Assembly: GCF_963921235.1 (NCBI RefSeq)
Contig: NC_086097.1
Coordinates: 102,736,001 to 102,800,000 of the forward strand
Length of the DNA stretch: 64,000 nucleotides
Direction of reading: 5' to 3'
Source: Mobula hypostoma
Lineage: Eukaryota
Shown here: positions 49,520 to 60,930 of the stretch, in pieces
Layout of the letters: every line of letters begins with the position of its first letter
Numbering within the stretch: the stretch's first letter is position 1
Translations under genes and position numbers: made by a program
The notes under the pieces: generated by a model
Told to the model about the DNA's origin: nothing
What the model saw: the letters and a program-made list of their open reading frames with translations, nothing else
Database searches by the model: none

Positions 49520-50500
49520 CCCCATTTCAAAGTTTAAATTGAATTTATTACCAAAGTACATGTATGTCACCATGTACAACCCTGAGATTCATTTTCTTGT
49601 GGTCATTCACAGTAAATATAAGAAACGCAATAGAATCAATGAAAGACCGCACACAACAGGATGGGCAAACAACCAATATGTAAAAGACAACAAACTGTGT
49701 AAATACAAAAAGAAAGAAAAAAAAAGAAATAATAATAAGCAATAAATATCAAAAACGTGAGATGAAGAGACCTTGAAAGTGAGTCCATAGGTTGTGGTAA
49801 CAGTTCAGTGATGGAATAAGTGAAGTTGTCCTCTTTGGTTCAAGAGCCTGATGGTTGAGGGGTAGTACCTGTTCCTGAACCTGATGGTGTGGGTCCTGAG
49901 GCACCTGTGTCTTTTTCCTGAAGGCAGCAGTGAGAAGAGAAAATGGCCTGGATGGTGGGGGTCTTTGATGATGGATGCTACTTTTCTGCAAAAGTGCTAG
50001 GCTGTATTCACTACTTTGTGGCATTTTCCTTGAAGGGCATTGGTGTTTCCATACCAGGCCGTGATGCAACCAGATGCAATATACTCTCCACTATACATCT
50101 ATAGAAGTTTGTCAACACTTTAGATGACATGCTAAATCTTCGCAAACTTCTCAGAAAGTAGAGACACTGCCATGATTTCTTTGTAATGGCACTTAACATG
50201 CTGACCGAGGACAGATTGTCTGAAATGATAAAGGAATTTAAAGTTGCTGACCTTCTCCACTTCTGATTCCAAGATGAGGACTGGCTCATGGACCTCCAGG
50301 TTACCTCCTCTTGAAGTCAATAATCAGATCCTTGGTCTTGCTGACATTGAGTGAGAGGTTGTTGTTGTGGCACCACTCAACCAGGATTTCAATCTCCTTC
50401 CTATATGCTGTTTTGTCATGTTTGATTCAACCAGCGACAGTAGTGTCATCAGCAAACTTAAATATGGCACAAAAGCTGTACTTAGCCTCACAGTCATAAG
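49520..50500 (-). mobile_element. Degenerate Rex1/Babar LINE
   Basis: QCLYFLRSLRRFSMS..VLTNFYRCIVESIL motif. Confidence 0.8.
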
Positions 50501-50504
50501 TATG

Positions 50505-51550
50505 GTGCAAGTAGATCTGATGACTGCTTCATGCATCCGGTGTGCCTCAGGGATCTGTACTGGGTCCAATGTTGTTTGTCATATATATTAATGATCTGGA
50601 TGATGGGGTGGTAAATTGGATTAGTAAGTATGCAGATGATACTAAGATAGGTGGCGTTGTGGATAATGAGGTAGGTTTTCAAAGCTTGCAGAAAGATTTA
50701 GGCCAGTTAGAAGAGTGGACTGAAAGATGGCAGATGGAGTTTAATGCTGAAAAATGTGAGGTGCTACATTTTGGTAGGACTAATCAAAATAGGACATACA
50801 TGGTAAATGGTAGGGCATTGAAGAATGCTGTAGAACAGAGGGGTCTAGGAATAATGGTGCATAGTTCCCTGAAGGTGGAATCTCATGTGGATAAGGTGGT
50901 GAAGAAAAATTTTGGTATGCTGGCCTTTATTAATCAGAGCATTGAGTATAGGAATTGGGGTGTAATGTTGAAATTGTATAGGGCATTGGTAAGGCCAAAT
51001 TTGGACTATTGTGTACAGTTTTGGTCACCGAATTATAGGAAAGATGTCAATAAAATTGAGAGAGTACAGAGGAGGTTTACTAAAATGTTGCCTGGGTTTC
51101 ATCTCCTAAGTTACAGAGAAAGGTTGAACAAGTTGGGTCTTTAGTCTTTGGAGCGTAGAAGGTTGAGGGGGGACTTGATAGAGGTATTTTAAATTATGAT
51201 GAGGATTGATAGAGTCAACGTGGATAGGCTTTTTCCATTGAGAGTGGGGAAGATGCAAACAAGAGGACATGAGTTGAAAGTTAAAGGACAAAAGTTTAGT
51301 GGTAACATATGGGAGAACTTCTTTACTCAGAGAGTGGTGGCTGTGTGGAACGAGCTTCCAGCAGAAGTGGTTGAGGCAGGTTCGATGTTGTCATTTAAAG
51401 TTAAATTGGATAGATATATGGACAGGAAAGGAATAGTGGGTTATGGGCTGAGTGCAGGTCAGTGGGACTAGGTGAGAGTAAGAGTTTGGCACGGACAAGA
51501 AGGGCCGAGATGGCCTGTTTCCGTGCTGTAATTGTTATATGGTTATATAT
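50505..51550 (+). mobile_element. CR1 LINE, 5'-truncated
   Basis: 200-aa [26 protein letters not shown]; 3' tail. Confidence 0.93.
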
Positions 51551-51551
51551 G

Positions 51552-52250
51552 CTGAGCTCATGAATTTCATCAACTTTGCCTCCAACTTCCACCTTACCCT
51601 TGGTCCATCTCTGACACCTTCTTCCCTTTCTCAATCTTCCTGGTCTCCATATCAAGAAAAGCTATCCACTGATGTCTTTTATAAACTTACAGACTCCCAC
51701 AGCTATCTTGACTGTACCTCTTCCCATCCTGTCACTTGTAAAAATGCTATTCCCTTTTCTCATTCTGCCAGCTCTGCTGCATCTGTTCTCAGAATGGGGC
51801 TTTCCATTCTAGAACATATCAGATGACCACCTTGTCCTTGCCTTCCACCCACAAACCTCTGTAACCAGCACATCAGTCTCCGTTAGTTCACCATCTACAA
51901 TGCGATCCTGCCACTGAGCACATCTTTCCCTCCTCTACCACTCCACCCCCCTCCCAATCTCCACTTTTCACAGGGATCATACTCAATGTAACTCCCTTGT
52001 CCACTCCTCCCTCCTCATTGAACTCTCTTCTGGCACTTAACCCTGCAAATGGGACAATGCTACATCTGTCCCTACATTTCCTCCCTCACCACCATTCAGG
52101 GCCCCAAACAGTCCTTCCAAGTGAGACAACACTTCACCTGCAAGTCTGTTGGGATCATCTACTGTATCCAATGCAGCCTTTTCAACATCAGTGAGACCTA
52201 ACATAGATTGGAAGGTTGCATCATCAAGCACCTTCACTCTGTCCAGCACA
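51552..52250 (+). mobile_element. Penelope-like element RT C-terminus + GIY-YIG endonuclease remnant
   Basis: STDVFYKLTDSHSYLDCTSSHP..CKNAIPFS; IQGPKQSFQVRQHFTC.S.GIIYCIQC. Confidence 0.82.
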
Positions 52251-52261
52251 TCCACTCAGTG

Positions 52262-52610
52262 TGAAAACCTATCGAATACTGAAAGGCCTAGATAGAGTGA
52301 AGGTGAAGAGGATGTTTCCTTTAGTGGGTGAACCTAGGACCAAAGGGCACAGCCTCATAATAGATGTCCATTTAGAACAGAAATGAGGAGGAATTTCTTT
52401 AACCAGAGGGTTGTGAATCTGTGGAATTCATTGCCACAGACAGCTATGGAGGCCAGGTCATTGAGTATATTTAAAGCAGAGCTGTTTAGGTTCTGGATTA
52501 GTCAGGGTATCAGAGGTTATGGGGCGAAGGCAAGAGAATGTGATTGAGAGGGATCATAAATCAGCCAGTATGGAATCAGCCAAGTGACCTAATTCTGCTC
52601 CTATGTCTTC
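52262..52610 (+). mobile_element. CR1 3' end fragment
   Basis: Matches 42570-42950. Confidence 0.8.
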
Positions 52611-52854
52611 TGGTAGTCAGCCATTCCAATCCAACTTCCCATTCCTATTTGGACACGTCAGTTCATGGCCTCTACAAAGAACCCCTTCATGTTTATGTGC
52701 ATGGTACAGGCCCTTCCAGCTCCTTGAACCATGCTGCCCAGCAGCTCCTGATCTAGCCCTAGCCACATCACAGGACAATTTACTCTGACCAATTAACCTC
52801 CCAACTGGGATGTCTTTGGACTGTGGGAGGGAATCAGCAACCTGACAGCGTGGA

Positions 52855-53310
52855 AATAGATTTCTTTAATTTCCAGTAATTTTCCCCCTCCCTTTCTTTC
52901 TTTTTCCATTCCCCATATTGTTTCCCCTCTCACTCTCTCTCTCATCTGGCCATCACTTACCTCAGGTTCCCCTCCTTCCTTTTCTTCCATAGTGTGCTCT
53001 GCTCTACTAACACATTCCTCCTCCTCCAGCCCTTTACCTTTCCACCTATCACCTCTCAGCTTCTTACTTTGACTTCACTCCCCCACCCAGTCACCTTTCC
53101 CCACACCTTTCTCACCCATCACCTGCCAGCTTGTAATCCTTCCCCTCCCCCAGCTTCTTCCCCCAACTTGTCAGCCCTGCTCATGGGTCTTGGCCCGAAA
53201 TATCGACTGTTTATCCCCATCCGCAGATGCTGTCTGACTTGCTGAGTTCCTCCAGTATTTGTGTGTGTTCTGGATTTCCAACATCTGCAGGATCCTTAGT
53301 GTTTGTCTTG
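52855..53310 (+). mobile_element. Penelope-derived element (pyrimidine-rich body + terminal repeat, hammerhead core mutated)
   Basis: CTGCTCATGGGTCTTGGCCCGAAATATCGACT at ~53177-53208; family tail. Confidence 0.7.
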
Positions 53311-53959
53311 CTACCTTGGTTCGGTGTCCGCAGATTGGGCACTGAAGCCATTCATTGCCCCCCTGTTCTTGGAACAGCTGCATGAGTGATAAGACAAGTG
53401 CTCTGATATGCTCCTGTAAAGGAATCTGATAATAACACAGGACCAAAAGAGACCAACTGGCCAATCTCCCTTCAGATGAACATTTGCTAGTTATGGTAAT
53501 ACTCTGCTCATTTCCCTTAAAGTCTGCTTATGGTTTAATTTCAACTATTCATCAGTTTATTACTGTTCAAAATGCTTCCATGTTATTAGACATTCCAAAT
53601 CAAAACTGCTCACTACGTTAAAAGGCACTTTTCCCTTGTTCTTGCCAATTACAGTACTGTAGTAATTTTCTGTATTGCTGTCTCAAATAAACAAGTTTAA
53701 TTTCATATGTGAGTGATGATAAACCTGATTCTCTTTCGTAGACTGAGAATAGAAAGGGGGCAAAGAAAGGGGAATAATGTTTGGGAAAAGGGGAAGGGAG
53801 AAGTGAGGGAGTGGGAAACACCAGAGAGAAAGTCTGACATGCTCAATAAACCAGTTGTTTGGAATCAAATGACCTTGCCTGGTGTTTCACTGGGTATGTC
53901 TGCACTCACACCACCCCCACCCCTGGCATCCACCTTTGCCACCTGTCCCACACCACCTC

Positions 53960-55182
53960 GCAGCACTTCACCTTCGCAGATAGGTCAATGGCAGATGCAA
54001 TCTTAAAGGCTCTTCACACGGCTTTAGATCATGTGGACAACACAAACACCTATGTCAGGATGCTGTTCATCGACTATAGCTCAGCATTTAATACCATCCT
54101 TCCCACAATCCTGATTGAGAAGTTGCAGAGCCTAGGCCTCTGTACCTCCCTCTGCAATTGGATCCTCGATTTCATAATGGAAGACCACAATCTGTGTGAA
54201 TTAGTGATAATATCTCCTCGCTGATTAATCAACACTGGTGTACCTCAGGGGTGTGTGCTTAGCACACTGCTCTTCTCTTTATATACCCATGTCTGTGTGG
54301 CTAGGCATAGCTCAAATACTATCCATAATTTGCTGATGATACAACCATTGTTGGTAGAATCTCAGATGGTGACGAGAGGGCATACAGGAGTGAGATATGC
54401 CAACTAGTGAAGTGGTGTCACAGCAACAACTCACAGTGGCATGCAATGTCAGTAAGACGAAAGAACTGATTATGGACTTCAGGAAGGGTAAGACGAAGGA
54501 ACACATACCAATCCTCATAGAGGGATCAGAAGTAGAGAGAGTGAGCAGTTTCAAGTTCCTGGGTGTCAAGATCTCTAAGATGCAGTTATAAAGAAGGAAA
54601 GATGGTGACTACATTAGGAGTTTAAAGAGATTTGGTATGTCAACAAATGCACTCAAATGTACCATGAAGAGCATTCTGACTGGCTGCATCACTGTCTGGT
54701 ATGGGGGGCACTACTGCGCAGGACTGAAAGAAACTGCACAGGGTTGTACATTTATTTGGCTCCATCTTGGGCACTGGCCTATAAAGTACCCAGGACATCT
54801 TCAAGGAGCGGAGTCTCAGAAAGGCAGCAACCATTATTAAGGTCCTCCAGCACCCAGGGCATGCCCTTTTCTCACTGTTACCATCAGGTAGGAGGTACAG
54901 AAGCCTGAAGGCACACACTCAGCGATTCAGGAACAGCTTCTTTCCCTCTGCCATCAAATTCCTAAATGGACTTTGAACCCTTTTGACAGTACCTCACTGT
55001 TTTAATATATATTCTGTTTCTTGCATGATTGTTAATCTATTCACTGTATGTATACTGAAATTGATTTACTTATTATTATGTTTTGTTTTTTTTCTTCTAT
55101 GTTATGTATTGCATTGAACTGCTCTTGCTAAGTTGACAAAATTCATGACACATTCTGGTGATAATAACCTGATTCTGATTCT
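53960..55182 (+). mobile_element. Rex1/Babar LINE, 5'-truncated, (GATTCT)n tail
   Basis: [40 protein letters not shown]. Confidence 0.88.
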
Positions 55183-55283
55183 ATTCACAGCATCCTTTGC
55201 TCCTGCCAGATTTACAAACTCACTTTCTACTCTGCATTGACAAATAAGATTTTTGTACAGTACTGTATGCTAAACAGTGTATA

Positions 55284-56893
55284 CAGTGGCATGCAAAAGT
55301 TTGGGCACCCCGGTCAAAATTTCTGTTCCTGTGAATAGTTAAGTGAGTAGAAGATGAACTGATCTCCAAAAGTCATAGAGTTAAAGATGAAACATTCTTT
55401 TCAACATTTTAAGCAAGATTAGTGTATTATTTTTGTTTTGTACAATTTTAGAGTGGGGGAAAAAGGAAAGGCGCACCATGCAGAACTTCGGGCACTCCAA
55501 GAGATTTGAGCTCTCAGATAACTTTTACCAAGGTCTCAGACCTTAATTAGCTTGTTAGGGCTATGACTTGTTCACAGATATCGTTAGGAAAGGCCAGGTG
55601 ATGCAAATTTCAAAGCTTTATAAATATTCTGACTCCTCAAACCTTGTCCCAACAATCAGCAGCCATGGGCTCCTCTAAGCAGCTGCCTAGCACTCTGAAA
55701 ACTAAAATAAATGATGCCCACAAAGCAGGAGAAGGCTATAAGAAGATAGCAAAGTGTTTTCTAGTAGCCGTTTCCCCAGTTCGTGATGTAATTAAGAAAT
55801 GGCAGTTAACAAGAACAGTGGAGGTCAAGTTGAGGTCTGGAAGACCAAGAAAACTTTCCAGGAGAACTGCTTGTAGGATTGCTAGAAAGGCAAATCAAAA
55901 CCCCCGTTTGACTGCAAAAGACCTTCAGGAAGGTTTAGCAGACTCTGGAGTGGTGGTGCACTGCTTTACAGTGCAGCAACGCCTGCACAAATATGACCTT
56001 CATGGAAGAGTCATCAGAAGAAAACCTTTCCTGCGTCTTCACCACAAAATTCAGCGTCAGAAGTTTGCAAAGGAACATCTAAAGCCTGATGCATTTTGGA
56101 AACAAGTCCTGTGGACTGATGAAGTTAAAATAGAACTTTTTGGCCGCAATGCACAAAGTTATGTTTGGAGGAAAACAGGGTGCAGAATTTCATGAAAAGA
56201 ACACCTCTGTCCAACTGTTAAGCATGGATGTGGATTGATCATGCTTTGGGCTTGTGTTGCAATCAGTGGCATGGGGAACATTTACTGGTAGAGGGAAGAA
56301 TGAATTCAATTAAATACCAGCAAATTCTGGAAGCAAACATCACATTGTCTGTAAAAAAGCTGAAGATGAAAAGAGGATGGCTTCTACAACAGGATAATGA
56401 TCCTAAACACACCTCAAAATCCACACCTCAAGAGGCGCAAGCTGAAGGTTTTTCCATGGCCCTCACAGTCTCCCGACCTAAACATCATCGAAAATCTGTG
56501 GATAGACCTCAAAAGAGCAGTGCCTGCATGACAGCCCAAGAATCTCACAGAACCAGGAGCCTTTTACAAGGAAGAATGGGTGAAAATCTCCCAAACAAGA
56601 ATTGAAAGACTCTTAGCGGGCTACAGAAAGCGTTTACAAGCTGTGAATCTTGCCAAAGGGGGCGTTACTAAGTACTACCATGCAGGGTGCCCAAACTTTT
56701 GCTTCAGGCCCTTTTCCTTTTTTGTTATTTTGAAACTGTAACAGATGAAAATAAAGAAGTCTTCTTCAAGTATTAAAGAAATGTGTCATCTTTAACTTTA
56801 TGCCTTTTGGAAATCTGGTCATCTTTTACTTGCTTAGTTATTCACAGTAACAGAAATTTTGACCAGGGGTGCCCAAACTTTTGCATGCCACTG
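55284..56893 (+). mobile_element. Full-length Tc1-family transposon (1610 bp), IR/DR-type TIRs, TA TSD
   Basis: TA|CAGTGGCATGCAAAAGTTTGGGCACCCC...GGGGTGCCCAAACTTTTGCATGCCACTG|TA. Confidence 0.96.
55665..56680 (+). pseudogene. Tc1 transposase, frameshifted
   Basis: MGSSKQL..., [41 protein letters not shown] in shifted frames. Confidence 0.92.
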
Positions 56894-56944
56894 TATTTAA
56901 AATTAAGTGCCAGAACCTCAAGCTAATTTCAGCATTTTCTTCAG

Positions 56945-57115
56945 TTGCCCCAGATCGTCAGATGATGAACCCAAGAACCTTGCCCTTTGCATGTTTTGTG
57001 GAGCTATGCTGTGTTCACAGAGTCAGTGTTGCAGGGAAGAAGTGAATGGAGAAGAGTTTGGCGCCTGTGTAGCTCACACTATGAACTACGGGTCTGGATT
57101 GGGAATGTTCCTCAG
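56945..57115 (+). CDS. UBR1: UBR1 exon L (171 nt): SCPRSSDDEPKNLALCMFCGAMLCSQSQCCREEVNGEEFGACVAHTMNYGSGLGMFL
   Basis: ttttcttcag acceptor, gtatct donor; Cys-rich C-terminal domain. Confidence 0.95.
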
Positions 57116-57674
57116 GTATCTTGTTGTGCAAACTAATTTGTGATCAAAGCCAAAGTCAAGCTTTTTTTTTGTCAGATACACAATTACATGTCTGCAGTGA
57201 AAAATTTGTAGCAGTATCACAGGTACATAGCACCATGATTGATTGATTAATTAAACATAAAGGTATCATGGAATCATGTCATGAGGAAAGAGTTTTGTAT
57301 GTCTGGAAGAGCTTTCTTTTTGTAAGTATTTATTCAATTCCCCTTTGAAAGAGACATACTTCACTGTTTCTTCAACACATTTCAATTTCTTCACCTTTTT
57401 TGGGGTTTAAATCCATGTTTACTGATATCTGATAAATTCATTCTTCAGATGCTGTATTCAGCACTGATGATAATCATCCATTCCATCCAGTTGGGTGAGT
57501 TAATGATAACCAATAAGCTTGATAGGTGATGAACTCCACAGGTTCACTGCTCTGGGCAGTGATTCCAATGTTACAGCTATATCTGACAGTCACAACAAAG
57601 ACAAGGGATTGCAGCTTCTGCAGCAGTTCTTCCCCATACTGGAATCTGGAGATAACTTCTCATTACTACACTGA

Positions 57675-58650
57675 TGCATCTGTCCTCAGCCGCCTCTACT
57701 GCCAAGATCAGGCTAAATGCAAACTAGAGGAACAGCACCTTGTATTCAGCCTGGGGAGTCTATCACCTGGTGGCATGAGCTTTGAATTCTCTGATCTCTG
57801 GTTAACTGCTCCAGCTCTGTCCCCTTCTCTCTCTTCCTGATCCAGATCTCCTTCCCATCTCTAACCTTCTTCATCTGCCCGTTACTCACATACTCCTCGC
57901 TGCCCTCCCCACCTCGCTCTCTTTATTCCATTCAGAACCATAGAAACTACAGCACAGAAACAGGCCCTTTGGCCCTTCTTGGCTGTGCCGAACCATTTTC
58001 TATCTAGTCCCACTGACCTGCACACGGACCATATCCCTCCATACACCTACCATCCATGTATCTGTCCAATTTATTCTTAAATGTTAAAAAAGAACCCGCA
58101 TTTACCACCTCGTCTGGCAGCTCATTCCATACTCCCACCACTCTCTGTGTGAAGAAGCCCCCCCACTAATGTTCCCTTTAAACTTTTCCCCCCTCACCCT
58201 TAACCCATGTCCTCTGGTTTTTTTCTCCCCTTGCCTCAGTGGAAAAAGCTTGCTTGCATTCACTCTATCTATACCCATCATAATTTTATATACCTCTATC
58301 AAATCTCCCCTCATTCTTCTATACTCCAGGGAATAAAGTCCTAACCTATTCAACCTTTCTCTGTAACTGAGTTTCTCAAGTCCCGGCAACATCCTTGTAA
58401 ACCTCTGCACTCTTTCAACCTTATTAATATCCTCCTATGACATTCCATCACCTTCAGCTCTTTGTCACTTCCACCTATCACATCCCAGCTTCTGGTGTTC
58501 TTGCCAGTTTCCCATCCCTTATCACACACCCCTCTCACATGGATCCACCTGTTGCTTACAAGTTTTTCCTTCACCTTTACATCAATTATCCATTTCCTGT
58601 CATTGATGCTGCCTAACCCACTGACTTCCTTCAGCATCTTGTATGTTACA
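57675..58650 (+). mobile_element. Penelope-like 3' fragment interrupted by a CR1
   Basis: LYCQDQAKCKLEEQHLVFSLGSLSPGGMSFEFS; pyrimidine body continues after ~58430. Confidence 0.72.
57933..58432 (-). mobile_element. CR1 LINE 3' end
   Basis: RFTRMLPGL..LSYRERLNRLGLYSLEYRRMRGDLIEVY. Confidence 0.9.
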
Positions 58651-59230
58651 CTGAACAATCATCTTGGGGTTCCCATTTCTGATTGGAATCTAGTGACCCA
58701 GACCTAACGTGTTTACAGAACTGAATTCCCAGTTGCCTGGTTACACTTGCAGTCCAGCCCACATACTGACTCGCTTGTGGATTGTTGGGTTCAGTGCTCA
58801 GGCGGCACCAGAAGAAGGCAGACTTCAACATCTTGGAGTTGTAGCACTTCCAAGGATCCTAGGAACCATTCGAACAATAAACAAAAACCTAGACTTTAGC
58901 AACTCTTCCCTAATATGATAGTTCAGTAAAAAAATCTATTCTTTTAAGCCTTGAGATAGCAGATTTAAAGTTTAAACTCTACTACAAAGAAATGGTAAAT
59001 GCAAATTTATTTTATCCACTGCGATATTTGAAGCTAGTTGGAAAATTCACCTTGGCAAACATGATACCGTAGTAAATCATCAGAAAATTTGTTGCTGTTC
59101 CACTGTTGGCATTCCTTCCATTGTTTCCCCTTGTACTGCCTCAATGTGCTCATGAGAAAAGATCTGTATGCAAAACCAAACTTTTCACTGTACGTCAGTA
59201 CATGTAAATAATAAACCAATCTACCACCAG

Positions 59231-59332
59231 AATACGGGAGTGTGATGTCCTGCTGCTGGCAGGAAAAAACAGAGGATGTTTCATACCTGCTCCATACCTG
59301 GATGATTATGGAGAGACGGATCAGTTTCTCAG
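59231..59332 (+). CDS. UBR1: UBR1 exon M (102 nt): [34 protein letters not shown]
   Basis: ccaccag acceptor, gtatga donor; IREC and PYLD.YGETD motifs. Confidence 0.94.
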
Positions 59333-59696
59333 GTATGATTATTTCAAAGAAATTTCTTCCTGTGATATGATAGAATAGTTACTGTATGGCCACAGTGTCT
59401 TTCCAAGCAGGTCTGAATAGCATCCAATTTAAAACTGAGTTATCAAGGATTGCATAAATCTTACAGAATAACTAGATACTGTAAAAATTCATCAATGAAT
59501 GTTATGGTTTCAGTAAGAAAGCAAAGTAAGAATACTGAGACTGGAGAGAGAGTTTTATCATAGGTGAAGATTTGATACACCAAGGGTAGACATCGTTTAT
59601 TCATCTCAAGTATTAGATGTACATAGAAAAGTTTATATAATGTCTCTTGCAATCTTGGAATGTCTCAAGGGGTCCTTGGCTATTGAATTATTTCTG

Positions 59697-60930
59697 AAGT
59701 CAAGTCAAGTCGCTTTTTATTGTCATTTTGACCATAAACTAATGGTACAGTACACAGTAAAAACGAAACAACGTTCCTCCAGGACAATGGTGCTACATGA
59801 AACAACACAAAACTACACTAGACTATGTAAGACAACACAAAAACTACACTAGACTACTGACCTAAAAAGGACTACATAAAGTGCACAAACAGTGCAGGGC
59901 AGTACAATAAATAATAAACAAGACAATAGGCACAGTAGAGAACAAATTACAATATAATAATGATGTAGGTGTCAGTGTAGTCTCTGAGTATTGAGGAGTC
60001 TGATGGCTTGGGGGAAGAAACTGTTGCACAGTCTGGTTGTGAGAGCCCAAATGCTTCGGTACCTTTTGCCAGATGGCAGGAGGGAAAAGAGTTTGTATGA
60101 GGGGTGCGTGGGGTCCTTCACAATGCTGTTTGCTTTGTGGATGCAACGTGTAGTGTAAATGTCTGTAATGACAGGAACAGAGACCCCAATAATCTTCTCA
60201 TCTGACCTCACTGTCCGCTGCAGGGTCTTGCGATCCGAGACGGTGCAATTCCTGAACCAGGCAGTGATGCAGCTGCTCAGGATGCTGTCAATACATCCTC
60301 TGTAGAATGTGGTGAAGATGGGGGGTGGGAGATGGACTTTTCTCAGCTTTCGCAGAAAGTAGAGACGCTGCTGGGCTTTCTTGGCTATGGAGCTGGTGTT
60401 GAGGGACCAGGTGAGATTCTCTGCCAGGTGAACACCAAGAAATTCGGTGCTCTTAACGATCACTACAGAGGAGCCATCAACGTTCAGCGGAGAGTGGTCG
60501 CTCCGTGCTCTCCTGAAGTCAACAACCATCTCTTTTGTTTTGTTCACATTTAGAGACAGGTTGTTGGCTCTGCACCCGTCCGTTAGCCGCTGCACCTCCT
60601 CTCTGTATGCTGACTCATCATTCTTGCCGATGAGACCTACCACGGTCGTGTCATCGGTGAACTTGATGATGTGTGTTGCAGCACAGTCGTGGGTCAGCAG
60701 AGTGAACAGCAGTGGACTGAGCACACAGCCCTGGGGGACCCCGTGCTCAGTGTGATGGTGTTGGGGATGCTGCTCCCGATCCGGACTGACTGAGGTCTCC
60801 CAGTCAGGAAGTCTAGGATCCAGTTGTAGAGGGAGGTGTTCAGGCCCAGCAGTTTCAGCTTTCCAATCAGGTGCTGAGGAATGATTGTGTTGAATGCTGA
60901 AATGAAATCTGTGAACAGCATTTGACAGTG
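59697..60930 (-). mobile_element. Rex1/Babar LINE, 5'-truncated, (GACTT)n tail
   Basis: 250-aa [16 protein letters not shown]...[32 protein letters not shown]. Confidence 0.9.

Larger units (their letters stand above)
2275..59332 (+). other. UBR1: UBR1 (E3 ubiquitin ligase, N-degron pathway), partial gene: 13 internal coding exons for the C-terminal ~450 aa
   Basis: Manual splicing of 13 GT-AG exons gives 1351 nt with consistent phases and no stop. The peptide has UBR1/2 C-terminal motifs ([77 protein letters not shown]). The middle region (FPSLY...LQPS...N.LYLFHL) fits recalled UBR1 better than UBR2. Confidence 0.88.

Noticed and set aside
2275..59332. Assignment to UBR2 instead of UBR1
   Set aside because: Exons A, D, F, H, K and L match recalled UBR1-specific wording better; only exon M leans UBR2. 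A phylogeny or synteny check would settle it.
59795..59860. Short direct repeat (ACAACACAAAACTACACTAGACTA x2) as a CRISPR-like array
   Set aside because: Only two tandem units in a Rex1/Babar 3' UTR, no spacers, eukaryotic DNA.
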